A stretch of 64,000 bases of DNA, from assembly GCA_963708065.1 (NCBI GenBank), contig CAVPRZ010000011.1, forward strand, positions 5,195 to 69,194, given 5' to 3'. The DNA comes from an uncultured Chloroflexia bacterium. GTDB lineage: Bacteria; Chloroflexota; Limnocylindria; Limnocylindrales; CSP1-4. This document shows positions 12,927 to 21,711 of this stretch, piece by piece (position 1 is the first letter of the stretch; each line of letters begins with the position of its first letter). A model generated the notes under the pieces. That model worked only from the letters and a program-made list of their open reading frames with translations. It made no database searches and was not told the origin of the DNA. A program made the position numbers and the translations under genes.

Positions 12927-13448
12927 ATGGCTGGCGACAAGAGCGGCCGGACGAGCGCCGGCATCCTCCTCTACCGCCTCGGACCGGCCGGGCTCGAGGT
13001 CCTGCTCGCGCACCCCGGTGGCCCGTTCCACGCCCGCAAGGACGAGGGCAACTGGACGATCCCCAAGGGCGAGGTCGAGCCGGGCGAGGCGCTCCTCGAC
13101 GTCGCCCGGCGCGAGTTCCTCGAGGAGACCGGCCATCCCGTTCCCGGCGGCGACCCGATCGAGCTCGGGGAGATCCGCCAGAAGTCGGGCAAGCTGGTCC
13201 TCGGCTGGGCGGTCGAGGGTGACCTCGACCCGGCGGCGGCGCACAGCAACACCTACGAGATGGAGTGGCCTCCGCGCTCCGGGCTCCGGGCGTCGTTCCC
13301 CGAGATCGACCGGGTGGCCTGGTTCGACCCCGACGAGGCGCGGCGCAGGATCAAGCAGGCCCAGGCGCCGTTCCTCGACCGGCTCGAGGCCGCGCTGCCG
13401 ACGGGCTCAGCCGAGGCTCAGCCGGCGTCGGCAACACTCCCCGGCTGA
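12927..13448 (+). CDS. NUDIX hydrolase
   Basis: Nudix box GEVEPGEALLDVARREFLEETG. ATG at 12927 within ORF 12702..13448. The 3' end overlaps the convergent carrier gene by 31 nt. Confidence 0.75.
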   Translation: MAGDKSGRTSAGILLYRLGPAGLEVLLAHPGGPFHARKDEGNWTIPKGEVEPGEALLDVARREFLEETGHPVPGGDPIELGEIRQKSGKLVLGWAVEGDLDPAAAHSNTYEMEWPPRSGLRASFPEIDRVAWFDPDEARRRIKQAQAPFLDRLEAALPTGSAEAQPASATLPG

Positions 13449-13735
13449 CGCCGGGTGCCGTCCGCGCCGCCGGCCATCGCCGGGAGGAGCAGGACCGTGT
13501 CGCGCTCGGCGACCGGCGTGTCGAGCGCCTGGAGATGGCGGACGTCGGTGTCGTTGAGGAAGACGTTGACGAACCGGTTCAGGTCGCCGTCGCCGGCGAG
13601 GAGCTGCGGGGCGAGCCCCGGGTAGGCGGCGACGAGCCCGCCGATCACCTCGCGGACGGTCGCCCCCGGGACCTCGACCTGCTTCTGGCCGCCGGTCGAG
13701 GTGCGGAGCACGGGCGGGATCCGGACGAGGCTCAT
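13418..13735 (-). CDS. MoaD/ThiS-family sulfur-carrier-like protein with an internal diglycine and a 15-aa tail
   Basis: It is 105 aa with a beta-grasp-like sequence (VRIPPVLR..VNVFLNDTDV..DTVLLLPAMAGG), followed by ADGTRRQPGSVADAG. Its ATG overlaps the upstream thrC-like stop (ATGA). Confidence 0.7.
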   Translation of the reverse strand: MSLVRIPPVLRTSTGGQKQVEVPGATVREVIGGLVAAYPGLAPQLLAGDGDLNRFVNVFLNDTDVRHLQALDTPVAERDTVLLLPAMAGGADGTRRQPGSVADAG

Positions 13736-15060
13736 GACTCGAGCCACGATTCGAATGCCGCGAACCGCGGCGGGATGATCGGGGCCAGGCCCGGTTGACC
13801 GGCCCGGGCCGGCGCCTGGGCCGTGTCGTCGAGCCCGAACCGGACCGCGTCGGGGGTCTTGAGCCCGTTCCCGGTCAGGAGCGCCACGACCTCGTCGCCG
13901 TCCCGGATGACGCCTCGCTGCCGGGCCGCCTCGGCAGCCGCGAGGGTCACGCCCCCGGCCGTCTCGGGGTAGATCCCCTCGAGCGTGGCGACCCGCCGGA
14001 TCGCTTCGGCCGTGGCACTGTCGGGGATCGCCTCGATCGAGCCGCCGGTCGCCCGCGCCAGCTCGACCGAGTAGCGCCCGTCGGCCGGGTTGCCGATCGC
14101 GAGCGACCGCACGATCGTGTCGGGGGTCCGGACCGGTTCGATGTCGGAGGCGCCGCTGGCCCAGGCCGTCGCGACGGGGGCGCAGCCGGCCGCCTGGCCG
14201 CCGACGAAACGGACCGGCGTCCGCTCGATGAGCCCGACCGCGGCGAGCTCGTCGAAGCCCTTGGCGAGCTTGGTGAACATGGCGCCGGACGCGATCGGGG
14301 CGACGACCACGTCGGGCAGCCGCCAGCCGAGCGCCTCGGCGATCTCGAACGCGAGCGTCTTGCTGCCCTCGGCGTAGTACGGCCGGAGGTTGACGTTGAC
14401 GAAGCCCCAGCCCAGCTCGTCGGCGACCTCGAGGCAGAGGCGGTTGACGTCGTCGTAGGTCCCGTCGACCGGAACGACCGTCGCTCCGTAGGCGAGCGCG
14501 TGGTCGATCTTGGCCGGCTCGAGGTCGGCCGGGATGAACACGTAGGCCGGCAGCCCGACCGCCGCCGCTGCGGCCGCGGTCGCTCCGGCCAGGTTGCCCG
14601 TCGACGCGCAGGCGAGGGCCTCGAGCCCGAACTCGAGGGCGTGCGTCGCCGCGATCGCGACCGCCCGGTCCTTGAACGACAGGGTCGGGTTGCGGGTGTC
14701 GTCCTTGATCCACAGCCGGTCGATCCCGAGCGTCGGGCCGACGCGGTCGGCGGCGATGAGCGGCGTCGAGCCCACCTTGAGCCCGCGCTTCGGCGGCTCC
14801 ACGACAGGGAGGAGCTCGAGGTAGCGCCAGATGCCCGGCGGGCGGGCGGCGATGGTGGCCCGGTCGACGAGCCGGCCGACGAGCTCGAGGTCGTAGGCCA
14901 CCTCGAGCGGCCCGAAGCAGGCCGGGCAGACGTAGTTCGGCCCGGATACCTCCGCCCGGCCGCAGTTGCGGCAGCGCAGGCCGACGATCCGCTCGGCGGG
15001 CATGACCGGGCGGCGACCCTTGACGGTCGTCGGTGTTCCGGTCAGCAGCTCGGTCGTCAT
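13732..15060 (-). CDS. Threonine synthase-like PLP enzyme with an N-terminal zinc ribbon (possible MetM-type homocysteine synthase)
   Basis: 442 aa. Motifs: CRNCG..CPAC ribbon, PLP-lysine motif NPTLSFKDR, and ASTGN. It sits directly downstream of a SAM-I riboswitch. Confidence 0.8.
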   Translation of the reverse strand: MTTELLTGTPTTVKGRRPVMPAERIVGLRCRNCGRAEVSGPNYVCPACFGPLEVAYDLELVGRLVDRATIAARPPGIWRYLELLPVVEPPKRGLKVGSTPLIAADRVGPTLGIDRLWIKDDTRNPTLSFKDRAVAIAATHALEFGLEALACASTGNLAGATAAAAAAVGLPAYVFIPADLEPAKIDHALAYGATVVPVDGTYDDVNRLCLEVADELGWGFVNVNLRPYYAEGSKTLAFEIAEALGWRLPDVVVAPIASGAMFTKLAKGFDELAAVGLIERTPVRFVGGQAAGCAPVATAWASGASDIEPVRTPDTIVRSLAIGNPADGRYSVELARATGGSIEAIPDSATAEAIRRVATLEGIYPETAGGVTLAAAEAARQRGVIRDGDEVVALLTGNGLKTPDAVRFGLDDTAQAPARAGQPGLAPIIPPRFAAFESWLES

Positions 15061-15128
15061 CGTCGGTCCCTCTCCACGGTCGCCACGGGCGACCGGTCGC
15101 TCGTCCTTGCGTCTGTAGCTTGGGGACC

Positions 15129-15162
15129 GGAAAACGAGAAGACCCTTCGCTGCGGAAGGGTC
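15129..15162 (-). terminator. Intrinsic terminator of the riboswitch expression platform
   Basis: GACCCUUC-CGCAGC-GAAGGGUC hairpin followed by UUCUCGUUUUCC, about 70 nt upstream of the thrC-like ATG. Confidence 0.7.
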
Positions 15163-15276
15163 TCGGGGGATTCCCTTATCTCGCAGGCGGACCTGCCCGG
15201 ATTTGGCACCTTGCCGGATCGCCGGTAGGTTGTCGTGGCATCGACGGGCCGGTCCCTCCGCCACTCTTGATAAGAG
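15129..15276 (-). promoter_or_regulatory. SAM-I (S-box) riboswitch: aptamer 15173..15276 plus terminator expression platform
   Basis: Minus-strand RNA reads CUCUUAUCAAGAGUGGCGGAGGGACCGGCCCGUCGAUGCCACGACAACC...GGUGCCAAAUCCGGGCAG...GAGAUAAGGG. This matches the conserved S-box blocks and P1 pairing. Confidence 0.85.
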
Positions 15277-15353
15277 CTCTTCAGTTGTCCGCGGATCGTA
15301 CGGGCGACTGGCGCAGTTCGTCAACCGCCGCCAGGATGTCAAGCGACCCGACT

Positions 15354-18300
15354 CAGCGGCGCTCCGTGAGCCCCAGCCGGATCGCCACCGCCGCGGCCTC
15401 GACACGGCCGGAGACGCCGAGCTTCGACAGGATGTTGCCGACGTGGACGCCGACCGTCTTCTGGCTGATGAACAGGCGCTCGCCGATCTCGCGGTTCGTC
15501 CGGCCCGCGGACGAGCAGCAGGAGCACCTCGCGCTCGCGCGGGCTGAGCCCGAACGCGGCGGCCTTCGGGCGGGCCGGGCCGATGAACTCGCGGGCGAGA
15601 CCCGGGCCGAGTGAGGCGCCGTCGCCGTCGGACCGGCCGCCCACCGCGACCGCCACGGGGACGCGGGACCGGCTCGGCCGTGGCGATGACCGCGCCCTCC
15701 TCCGGCTCCGGGATCGGGATGAGCGCCCGCCGGGCGAGCTCCTCGAGCTCGCGCAGGAGCGGGCGTGCGCCGAGCTCGCGGGCGATCCGGACCGCCTCGA
15801 GGAGCGGCTTCCGCCCGGCGGCTCGACCCGGTCGGCCCTCGCCGGCGCCGAGGGCCGCCTCGGCCTGGTGCCAGCGCGCCCGGGCCACCTGGTACGGGAT
15901 CCCGAGCGCCTCCCAGCGCTGGGCCAGCGCATCCCAGGTCGAGGGGTCGTCGTGGCCATCGATCCGGGCATGGAACGCCTTGGCCGTCCCGAGGTAGGCG
16001 TCCGCCTCCCGCCGGGAGCCGAACGTGCGTGGCACGCCGGCCGCGGCGATCGCCTCCTTGGCCCGGGTCAGCACCGACCGGGCGCGATCCCGGGCAGCGG
16101 CCAGCGCCGCGAGGTCACGCCGCTCCCGGGCGTCGGCGACGACGGCTGCGTCCGTCTCGAGGAACGTCGCGGCCATCCGGGCGATGAGCACCCAGTCCTC
16201 GGTGTCGCGGATCGGCGCCCAGCCGAGATCGACCGAGCGGCGGGCATCTTCGACGTCGCCGCGCCAGAGCGCGAACGACGCCGCGGCGAGGTAGGCAGGC
16301 GCGGAGGCCTGCGCGTCGGGAACCGTCTCGAGCTCCAGGAGGAGCCGCCCGAGCAAGCGACCCGCCTGCTCGCCAGCCTTCGTCTCCACCTCGACGACGG
16401 CGAGGTTCGTCGCGGCCACGACGAACATCACCCCGACCGGGCTCCACTCGAGCGCGGTGTCGACGAGGACCCGCGCCTCCGCCCACCGGCCGAGCAGGAT
16501 CAGGGACTCGGAGCCGTTGCCCCGGAGGAAGTTGCCGTACGTGGCCTCCTGGCCGGCAGCGCGGGCATCCTCGACCCCGGCCATCGAGACCTCGAGCGCC
16601 TCGCGCCGACGGCCGAGCACGTCGAGCGCCGTCACCAGGTTGGCCGTCGCCCGGAAGCTGTCGCCGACCCGGCCGAGCTCTTCTGCGATCGCCTTGGCTT
16701 CGCGGAGCAGGGCCACGCCCGTCTCGGGATCGTCGCCCCAGGCACGACTGATGCCGAGCGTGCAGATCGCGTGGCCCTCTGCCGCCCGGGCCGCCGGCCC
16801 GACCGCGCGGGCGACGTCGATCGCCTCGCGGCACAGTCGCTCGGCCTCGCGGAACATCCCCTCGAACATCCGGACCTGGGCCAGCGAGGCGAGGATGAGC
16901 GCACGCTCGCGGGTCGGCTCCGGCGGGATGAGCTCGAGCGCTCGACGATATGCGATGAGCGCGCCGTCGGTGTCGCCGAAGGCACGGCGATAGCGCCCGA
17001 GCCGCTCGTGGAGCAGCGCCACGCTCACCCGGTCGGCGCGCTCGTCGAGTCGAGCGATGGCCGACTCCGCGAAGGCGGCGGCCCGGGTCGGGCGACCGTC
17101 CGCGAACGCGGCGTCCGCGGCCCTGGCGAACAGCTGGGCGGGCGCGTTCGCGTCGGCGCGGCCGGCCCTCGGGATCGATCGGTCGTCCAGCTCCAGCGCC
17201 AGCTCGAGGTGGGCAAGCGCGTCGCCGGGGGAGTCGATGGCCTCGGCGACGGCGGCCGCCTCGATCGCCGCCGTCCGGGCCAGGCCGGGCTCGTGGGCCA
17301 GGAGGTGGTGACGGGCCCGCGACCCGGGTCGCTTCGACAGCCCGGCCGCGAGCGCCGAGTGGTGGCGCCGCCGCTGGCCCGGCAGGAGGTCCGCCTCGAC
17401 CGCCCGGGCGATGAGCTCGTGGCGGAACCCGACGAGAACGTCGGCCGGCAGGGCCGCGGCGTCGCTCGGGCTGATCTCGGCCGGGTCCGAGGTGGTCGAG
17501 GTCGCCGGGCTGACGTCGGCCGTCGGCCGATCCAATGCGATGAACCCGTGGGCGAGCGCCTCGACCAGCCCGACGGCGAGGTCCGGCTCGAGGATCCCGC
17601 GGCCACGACGCGGCGCCCCGCTCGAGCGCGGGGCCGGGCGGTCGGCGTCCCGTTCGAATGCCTCGGAGGCGGCGGCAAGCTCGTCGATCCGAAGCGGCTC
17701 GCCGGCCGGTGCCAGGAGCCGGAGGATGCGCCGGCACTCCGGCGTCCGCTGGGCGAGGCGGGCCATCGCCAGCTCGTCGAGCGACCCGGTGAGGGGGGTC
17801 CCGGCGAGCTCGCGCCGAGCGGCCAGGATCTCCTCCGCGACGAGCGCATTGCCGCGCGATCGCTCCGCCACGAACAGCAGCACCGACGCCGACGGGCGCT
17901 CCCCCTCGATGCCCTCGATGAGCTCGACGAGCTCATCGCGATCGAGCGGCGGGAGGGGCAGGTCGAGCGGCGGCGACGTGCCATCGGCCATCTCCGCGAG
18001 CGCCGCGCGGAGCGGGTGGCTCCGGGTCAGCTGGTCCGGCTGGTAGGTGGCGAGGACGCACAGCCGGCCGGGCCGCGAGACGCGGGCGAGGAACGTGGCC
18101 AGCGATCGGGTGCCGGCGTCGGCGGACTGGAGGTCCTCGAGGGCGAGCACGACGGGCACCTGTTCGCCGATCCCCTGCAGGAGCCCGAGGATCGACTCGA
18201 GCATCCGGCTGTGGCGCATCTCCGGGTCGGTGACGGTCGGCCGGGCCGGGAGCAGCCCGAGCCGGTCGAGACGGCCGGCCGTCCTCGGCAGGAGCTTCGC

Positions 18301-18627
18301 CAGCTCCTCGGCCCCGCTGCTCGCGCCGCGGACGACGTCGGCGTCGGACAGCCCGGCCACGAGCCCCTCGAGTCCGAGGGCGACGGCGCCGAACGGATCG
18401 CCGACCCGGCCGGGCCGGGCCCGACAGCGGACGACGAGGAACGGCTCGGGCAGCGACGCGATCCGCCGCTCGGCCTCGTCGAGGAGCCGGCTCGCGCCGA
18501 GCCCGCCGCTGCCCGAGATGAGGATCGTCGACGCGCGGCCGGCCAGCGCGGCCTCGAGCGCGCCGGCGATCCGGGCGAGCTCACGCTCCCGGCCGACGAA
18601 CCGCGCGCTCGAGAACCTGGCGGGCAT
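15354..18627 (-). pseudogene. LAL-type (large ATP-binding LuxR family) regulator; C-terminal region frame-shifted twice
   Basis: N-terminal AAA/NACHT-like region, long TPR-like middle. The LuxR HTH is split: [16 protein letters not shown] is in ORF 15339..15971, and [49 protein letters not shown] is in a third frame (manual translation, stop at 15354). Walker A reads GSGGLGAS, with no Lys. Confidence 0.8.
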
Positions 18628-18829
18628 GACGGCATTCTAGGGGCCCGGTGCGCCGGTCCGATCATCCGGACGGGGCAGTGGTGCGTCGAGACCCCAGAAG
18701 ACACGCGGATGCCCGCCCGGACTGGACCCCGCTGCCCGGGATCCATCGGTCCTGAACTTCGTCGACGAACCAACGGACCTGAAGTTCAGCGCCGAACCTT
18801 CCCGGGCAGGGCGGCTCGCGGGCTACGCT

Positions 18830-19864
18830 GTGGCCGTGAGCGACAAGTCGATGACCGAGCCACGGGCGCGGACGGATCCGGTCGACGACGACCCGGTCAA
18901 GCCGATCGAGCGGACCGAACCTGGCGAATCGGGCGACATGGCCGAACCGGTCGAGCGACCGGGGCGCGGAGCCGCTCACCCGGCCAACTCGCTCAACGAG
19001 CTGTCCGGCGAGGAGTGGCTCTACTTCACGAAGTCGGTCTGGTCGACGGCCTACCCTTCGGAGCTGGGCCACGCCCGCCGCAAGGCGCACGGCGCGAACA
19101 AGCCGCCCCGGCTCATGTGCCGGCTCATCGAGTTCTTCACCCAGACCGGCGAGCTCGTCCTCGACCCGTTCGCCGGGGTCGGCGGGACGCTCCTCGGGGC
19201 GGCCATCGCCCAGGGTCCGCGACGAGCGCTCGGGATCGAGCTCGACCCGCGCTGGGTCGGGATCTACGAGGAGGTCGTGGCGGAGCTGAGCGCCGAGCGA
19301 GGCGGTCGCGGTCCGGTCCTGGCCGACCTCGGGTCGAGCGACCCGGGTGGCGCCCGGACCTTCGACCCCTCCGGGCTTGAGCTCCGCCTCGGGGACGCCG
19401 CTGCGATCCTGCCCGAGCTGGCGGAGGGGTCGGTCGACTTCATCGCCACCGACCCGCCGTACAACGTCCAGCTGCCGCTGACGATGGCCGGCGGCCGGCT
19501 CGCCGAGACGCACGCCAACCGGCGGACCGACTACGCGATGATCGGCGACGACCCGGCCGACCTGGCCAACAGCCCCGACTACTCGACCTTCCTTGACCGG
19601 ATGGAGGCGATCCTCGGGGAGTGCCGGCGGGTCCTGCGCCCGGGCCGGTACGCCGCGGTCATCGTCCGCGACGCCTACCAGGACGGGCGCTACCTGTTCA
19701 CCGGGGCCGACCTGGCCGAGCGGGCGAGCCGGGTCGGCCTCGTGCCCAAGGGCGACCTCGTCTGGTACCAGGCCGGGACCCGGCTGCGCCCGTACGGCTA
19801 CCCGAACGCGTTCGTCCCGAACATCGCCCACCAGCACATCCTGGTCCTCCGCCGCGAGCGCTGA
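18830..19864 (+). CDS. N4/N6 DNA methyltransferase with permuted motif order, solitary
   Basis: The segment KPPRLMCRLIEFFTQTGELVLDPFAGVGGTLLGAA..GIELD (AdoMet motif I) lies N-terminal to SVDFIATDPPYN (motif IV). This is the reverse of the beta-class PF01555 order. Confidence 0.8.
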   Translation: MAVSDKSMTEPRARTDPVDDDPVKPIERTEPGESGDMAEPVERPGRGAAHPANSLNELSGEEWLYFTKSVWSTAYPSELGHARRKAHGANKPPRLMCRLIEFFTQTGELVLDPFAGVGGTLLGAAIAQGPRRALGIELDPRWVGIYEEVVAELSAERGGRGPVLADLGSSDPGGARTFDPSGLELRLGDAAAILPELAEGSVDFIATDPPYNVQLPLTMAGGRLAETHANRRTDYAMIGDDPADLANSPDYSTFLDRMEAILGECRRVLRPGRYAAVIVRDAYQDGRYLFTGADLAERASRVGLVPKGDLVWYQAGTRLRPYGYPNAFVPNIAHQHILVLRRER

Positions 19865-19900
19865 CCGACCGCGGCCGGAGCGCTGACCGACCGCGGCCGG
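19857..19900. repeat. Perfect 22-bp tandem duplication (AGCGCTGACCGACCGCGGCCGG x2) spanning the methyltransferase stop codon
   Basis: Read directly: 19857-19878 equals 19879-19900. Confidence 0.9.
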
Positions 19901-19912
19901 GCGGGCGCGGCG

Positions 19913-21488
19913 TCAGGCCGACTGCTGGCGGGCGGTCAGGAACGCGAGGAGGACGTCCTCGTCGAGCCCGTCGGGCACGAGCTCGATCGGCTCGTCGGCC
20001 TCGATCGACGTCGCCGAGGACCATCCGGTGGAGCCAGCCCTGCCGGCCGTCCGGGCAGAGGACGAGCCGGTACGTGCCGACGGCCTCGATGACCTGGACC
20101 TCGTCCCCTTCGTCGAGGATCCCGATCTCGTTCGCCCGGACCTCGTCGGGCACGTCCATGAGCCGGACGAGCCGGTAGCGGATCCGGCGCCGCTCGGCCC
20201 CGTCGACCGGCTGGACCGTTCCGTCGGCGAACGTCAGGGCGGGTGCCGCGAACTCCGTCCGGAGCGGGTCGGTCTTGCGGGCCAGCATGAGCGAGGGGCG
20301 CCGCCAGCGGGGCAGGGCGGCCTCGTCGGGGTCGACGCCCGGCGGGATCGGCAGCCCGCTCGTCGTCGGCGGGACGAGGCTCGCGGCCGGGACGGGCTCG
20401 GGTCCGGCCGCGGCGTGGGCCGCGAGGACGGCATCCGGGGCCGGTGGCTCGCCGTCGCGCCGGCGCTTGCCGAAGAAGACGAAGGCCATCCAGACGGCGA
20501 CGGTCCCGCTCGTCGTGATCAGGACGGGGTACGCGCCGAACAGCCCGTCCAGGGGGCCGCCGAGGCCGAGCAGGTGCGAGCCGTCCGGGGCGCCGAGACC
20601 GGCCGCGCGGCCGCCGAGCGCGGGGTTCCCCGGGCCAACCGAACCGGCCGCCGGCTCGCCGTTCGTGGCCGTCGGTCGGGCGGGGTCGACGGTGGGTTGG
20701 TCGGCGCCGGCCAGCGGCGCTCTCGACCCGGCACCCAACGGGCCGCCCAGGGAGCCCGCTGTCATGCCCCCCCGATCGTCGATGCCGTCGTCGGGGCGCG
20801 TCGTCCTCGAGGCCGCATCGGCGAGCGCTCCCGGGGCGGCGGCAACGCCGCTCTCACTCGACCCGGCGGCCTCGCCCGCTCCGGCCCCGGATCCCGCGGG
20901 GCTGTCGTTCGAGCCGCCGCCCGATGACGCGCCGCCATCGCCGGGACCCGTCGGGCCGCCACCCGACGATCCGGCGTCGGACGTCGTGCCGCCGGCCGCC
21001 CCGGACGAGCCACCGGTGCCGCCGTCCGATGACCCGCCGGTCGCCTTGGCCACGACGCGCACCCAGCCGGCACCGAGGGACGCCTTCGTCCCGTCGGCGC
21101 CGAGCGCCTCGAACCGGACCCGGTGGCGGCCCGTGGCGATCTTCCCGGCGTAGGCGAAGCGGACACCCTTTCGGTAGTCGCCGCCCGCCGTCCGCGGGGT
21201 CATGGCCCGCGGGCGGCCGTCGATCAGGACGCGCACGAACGCCGGGGCCGCGCCGTCACCGTTGCGATACGTCACCGAGAAGCGAACGACGCTCGTCGGC
21301 CGGGCCAGTCGGGGCGCGACCCAGCCGTCGCGGAGGTGGGTCGAACCCGTGCCGTCGCCCAGCGGCGTATGCCGATCCCGGGCCTGCGCGGGCCCGGCGA
21401 GCGCGGCAAGCATGAGCGCCGCGACGGCCACGGCCGACAGCCATGGCCGGGCGCGGTCCCACGCCGGAGCGCGGTGCGCGATCGGCAC
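19913..21488 (-). pseudogene. Single-pass membrane protein: extracellular Ig-like domain, Gly/Ser-rich linker, TM, cytoplasmic SH3-like domain (one frame change near the 3' end)
   Basis: Signal peptide, low-complexity GGSS region, TM VLITTSGTVAVWMAFVFF. SH3-like segment: RLMDVPDEVRANEIGILDEGDEVQVIEAVGTYRLVLCPDGRQGWLH. The tail ADEPIELVPDGLDEDVLLAFLTARQQSA* was recovered in another frame by manual translation. Confidence 0.6.
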
Positions 21489-21711
21489 GGATAAGACCTC
21501 CGCCCCGGGCGCGATGAACGCGAATGATGGATGACGCCCGGTGCTCCGCCGAGGATGCGCGGCGTGGCGGCGGTCGGCAATGGTACGGACCTCCCGTCGA
21601 TCCGCGGCGACCGTCCGGGCGACCGTTGACGGCGTACACCGAAGCTGGGCGGAGCGGTGGGCTCCGGTGGGCCGGCTGGTCCCGACGGCGCGCCCGGTCT
21701 AGTTCGAACTG

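Noticed and set aside
13732-18627. 1631-aa ORF that would fuse the LAL regulator to the threonine-synthase-like protein
   Set aside because: The frame simply stays open across the intergenic region. That region contains a complete SAM-I riboswitch with terminator. The LuxR HTH ends at its own stop (15354) in another frame, and the ThrC-like part has its own RBS and ATG at 15060.
15583-19380. 1265-aa plus-strand ORF, and similar long ORFs (3976..5757, 5505..6458, 6461..7930, 30499..32860, 39926..41671, 48934..50883, 61591..63237)
   Set aside because: They are antisense shadows of motif-supported genes, as expected at this GC content. Their translations are dominated by R/P/G/A/D runs with no recognisable domains.
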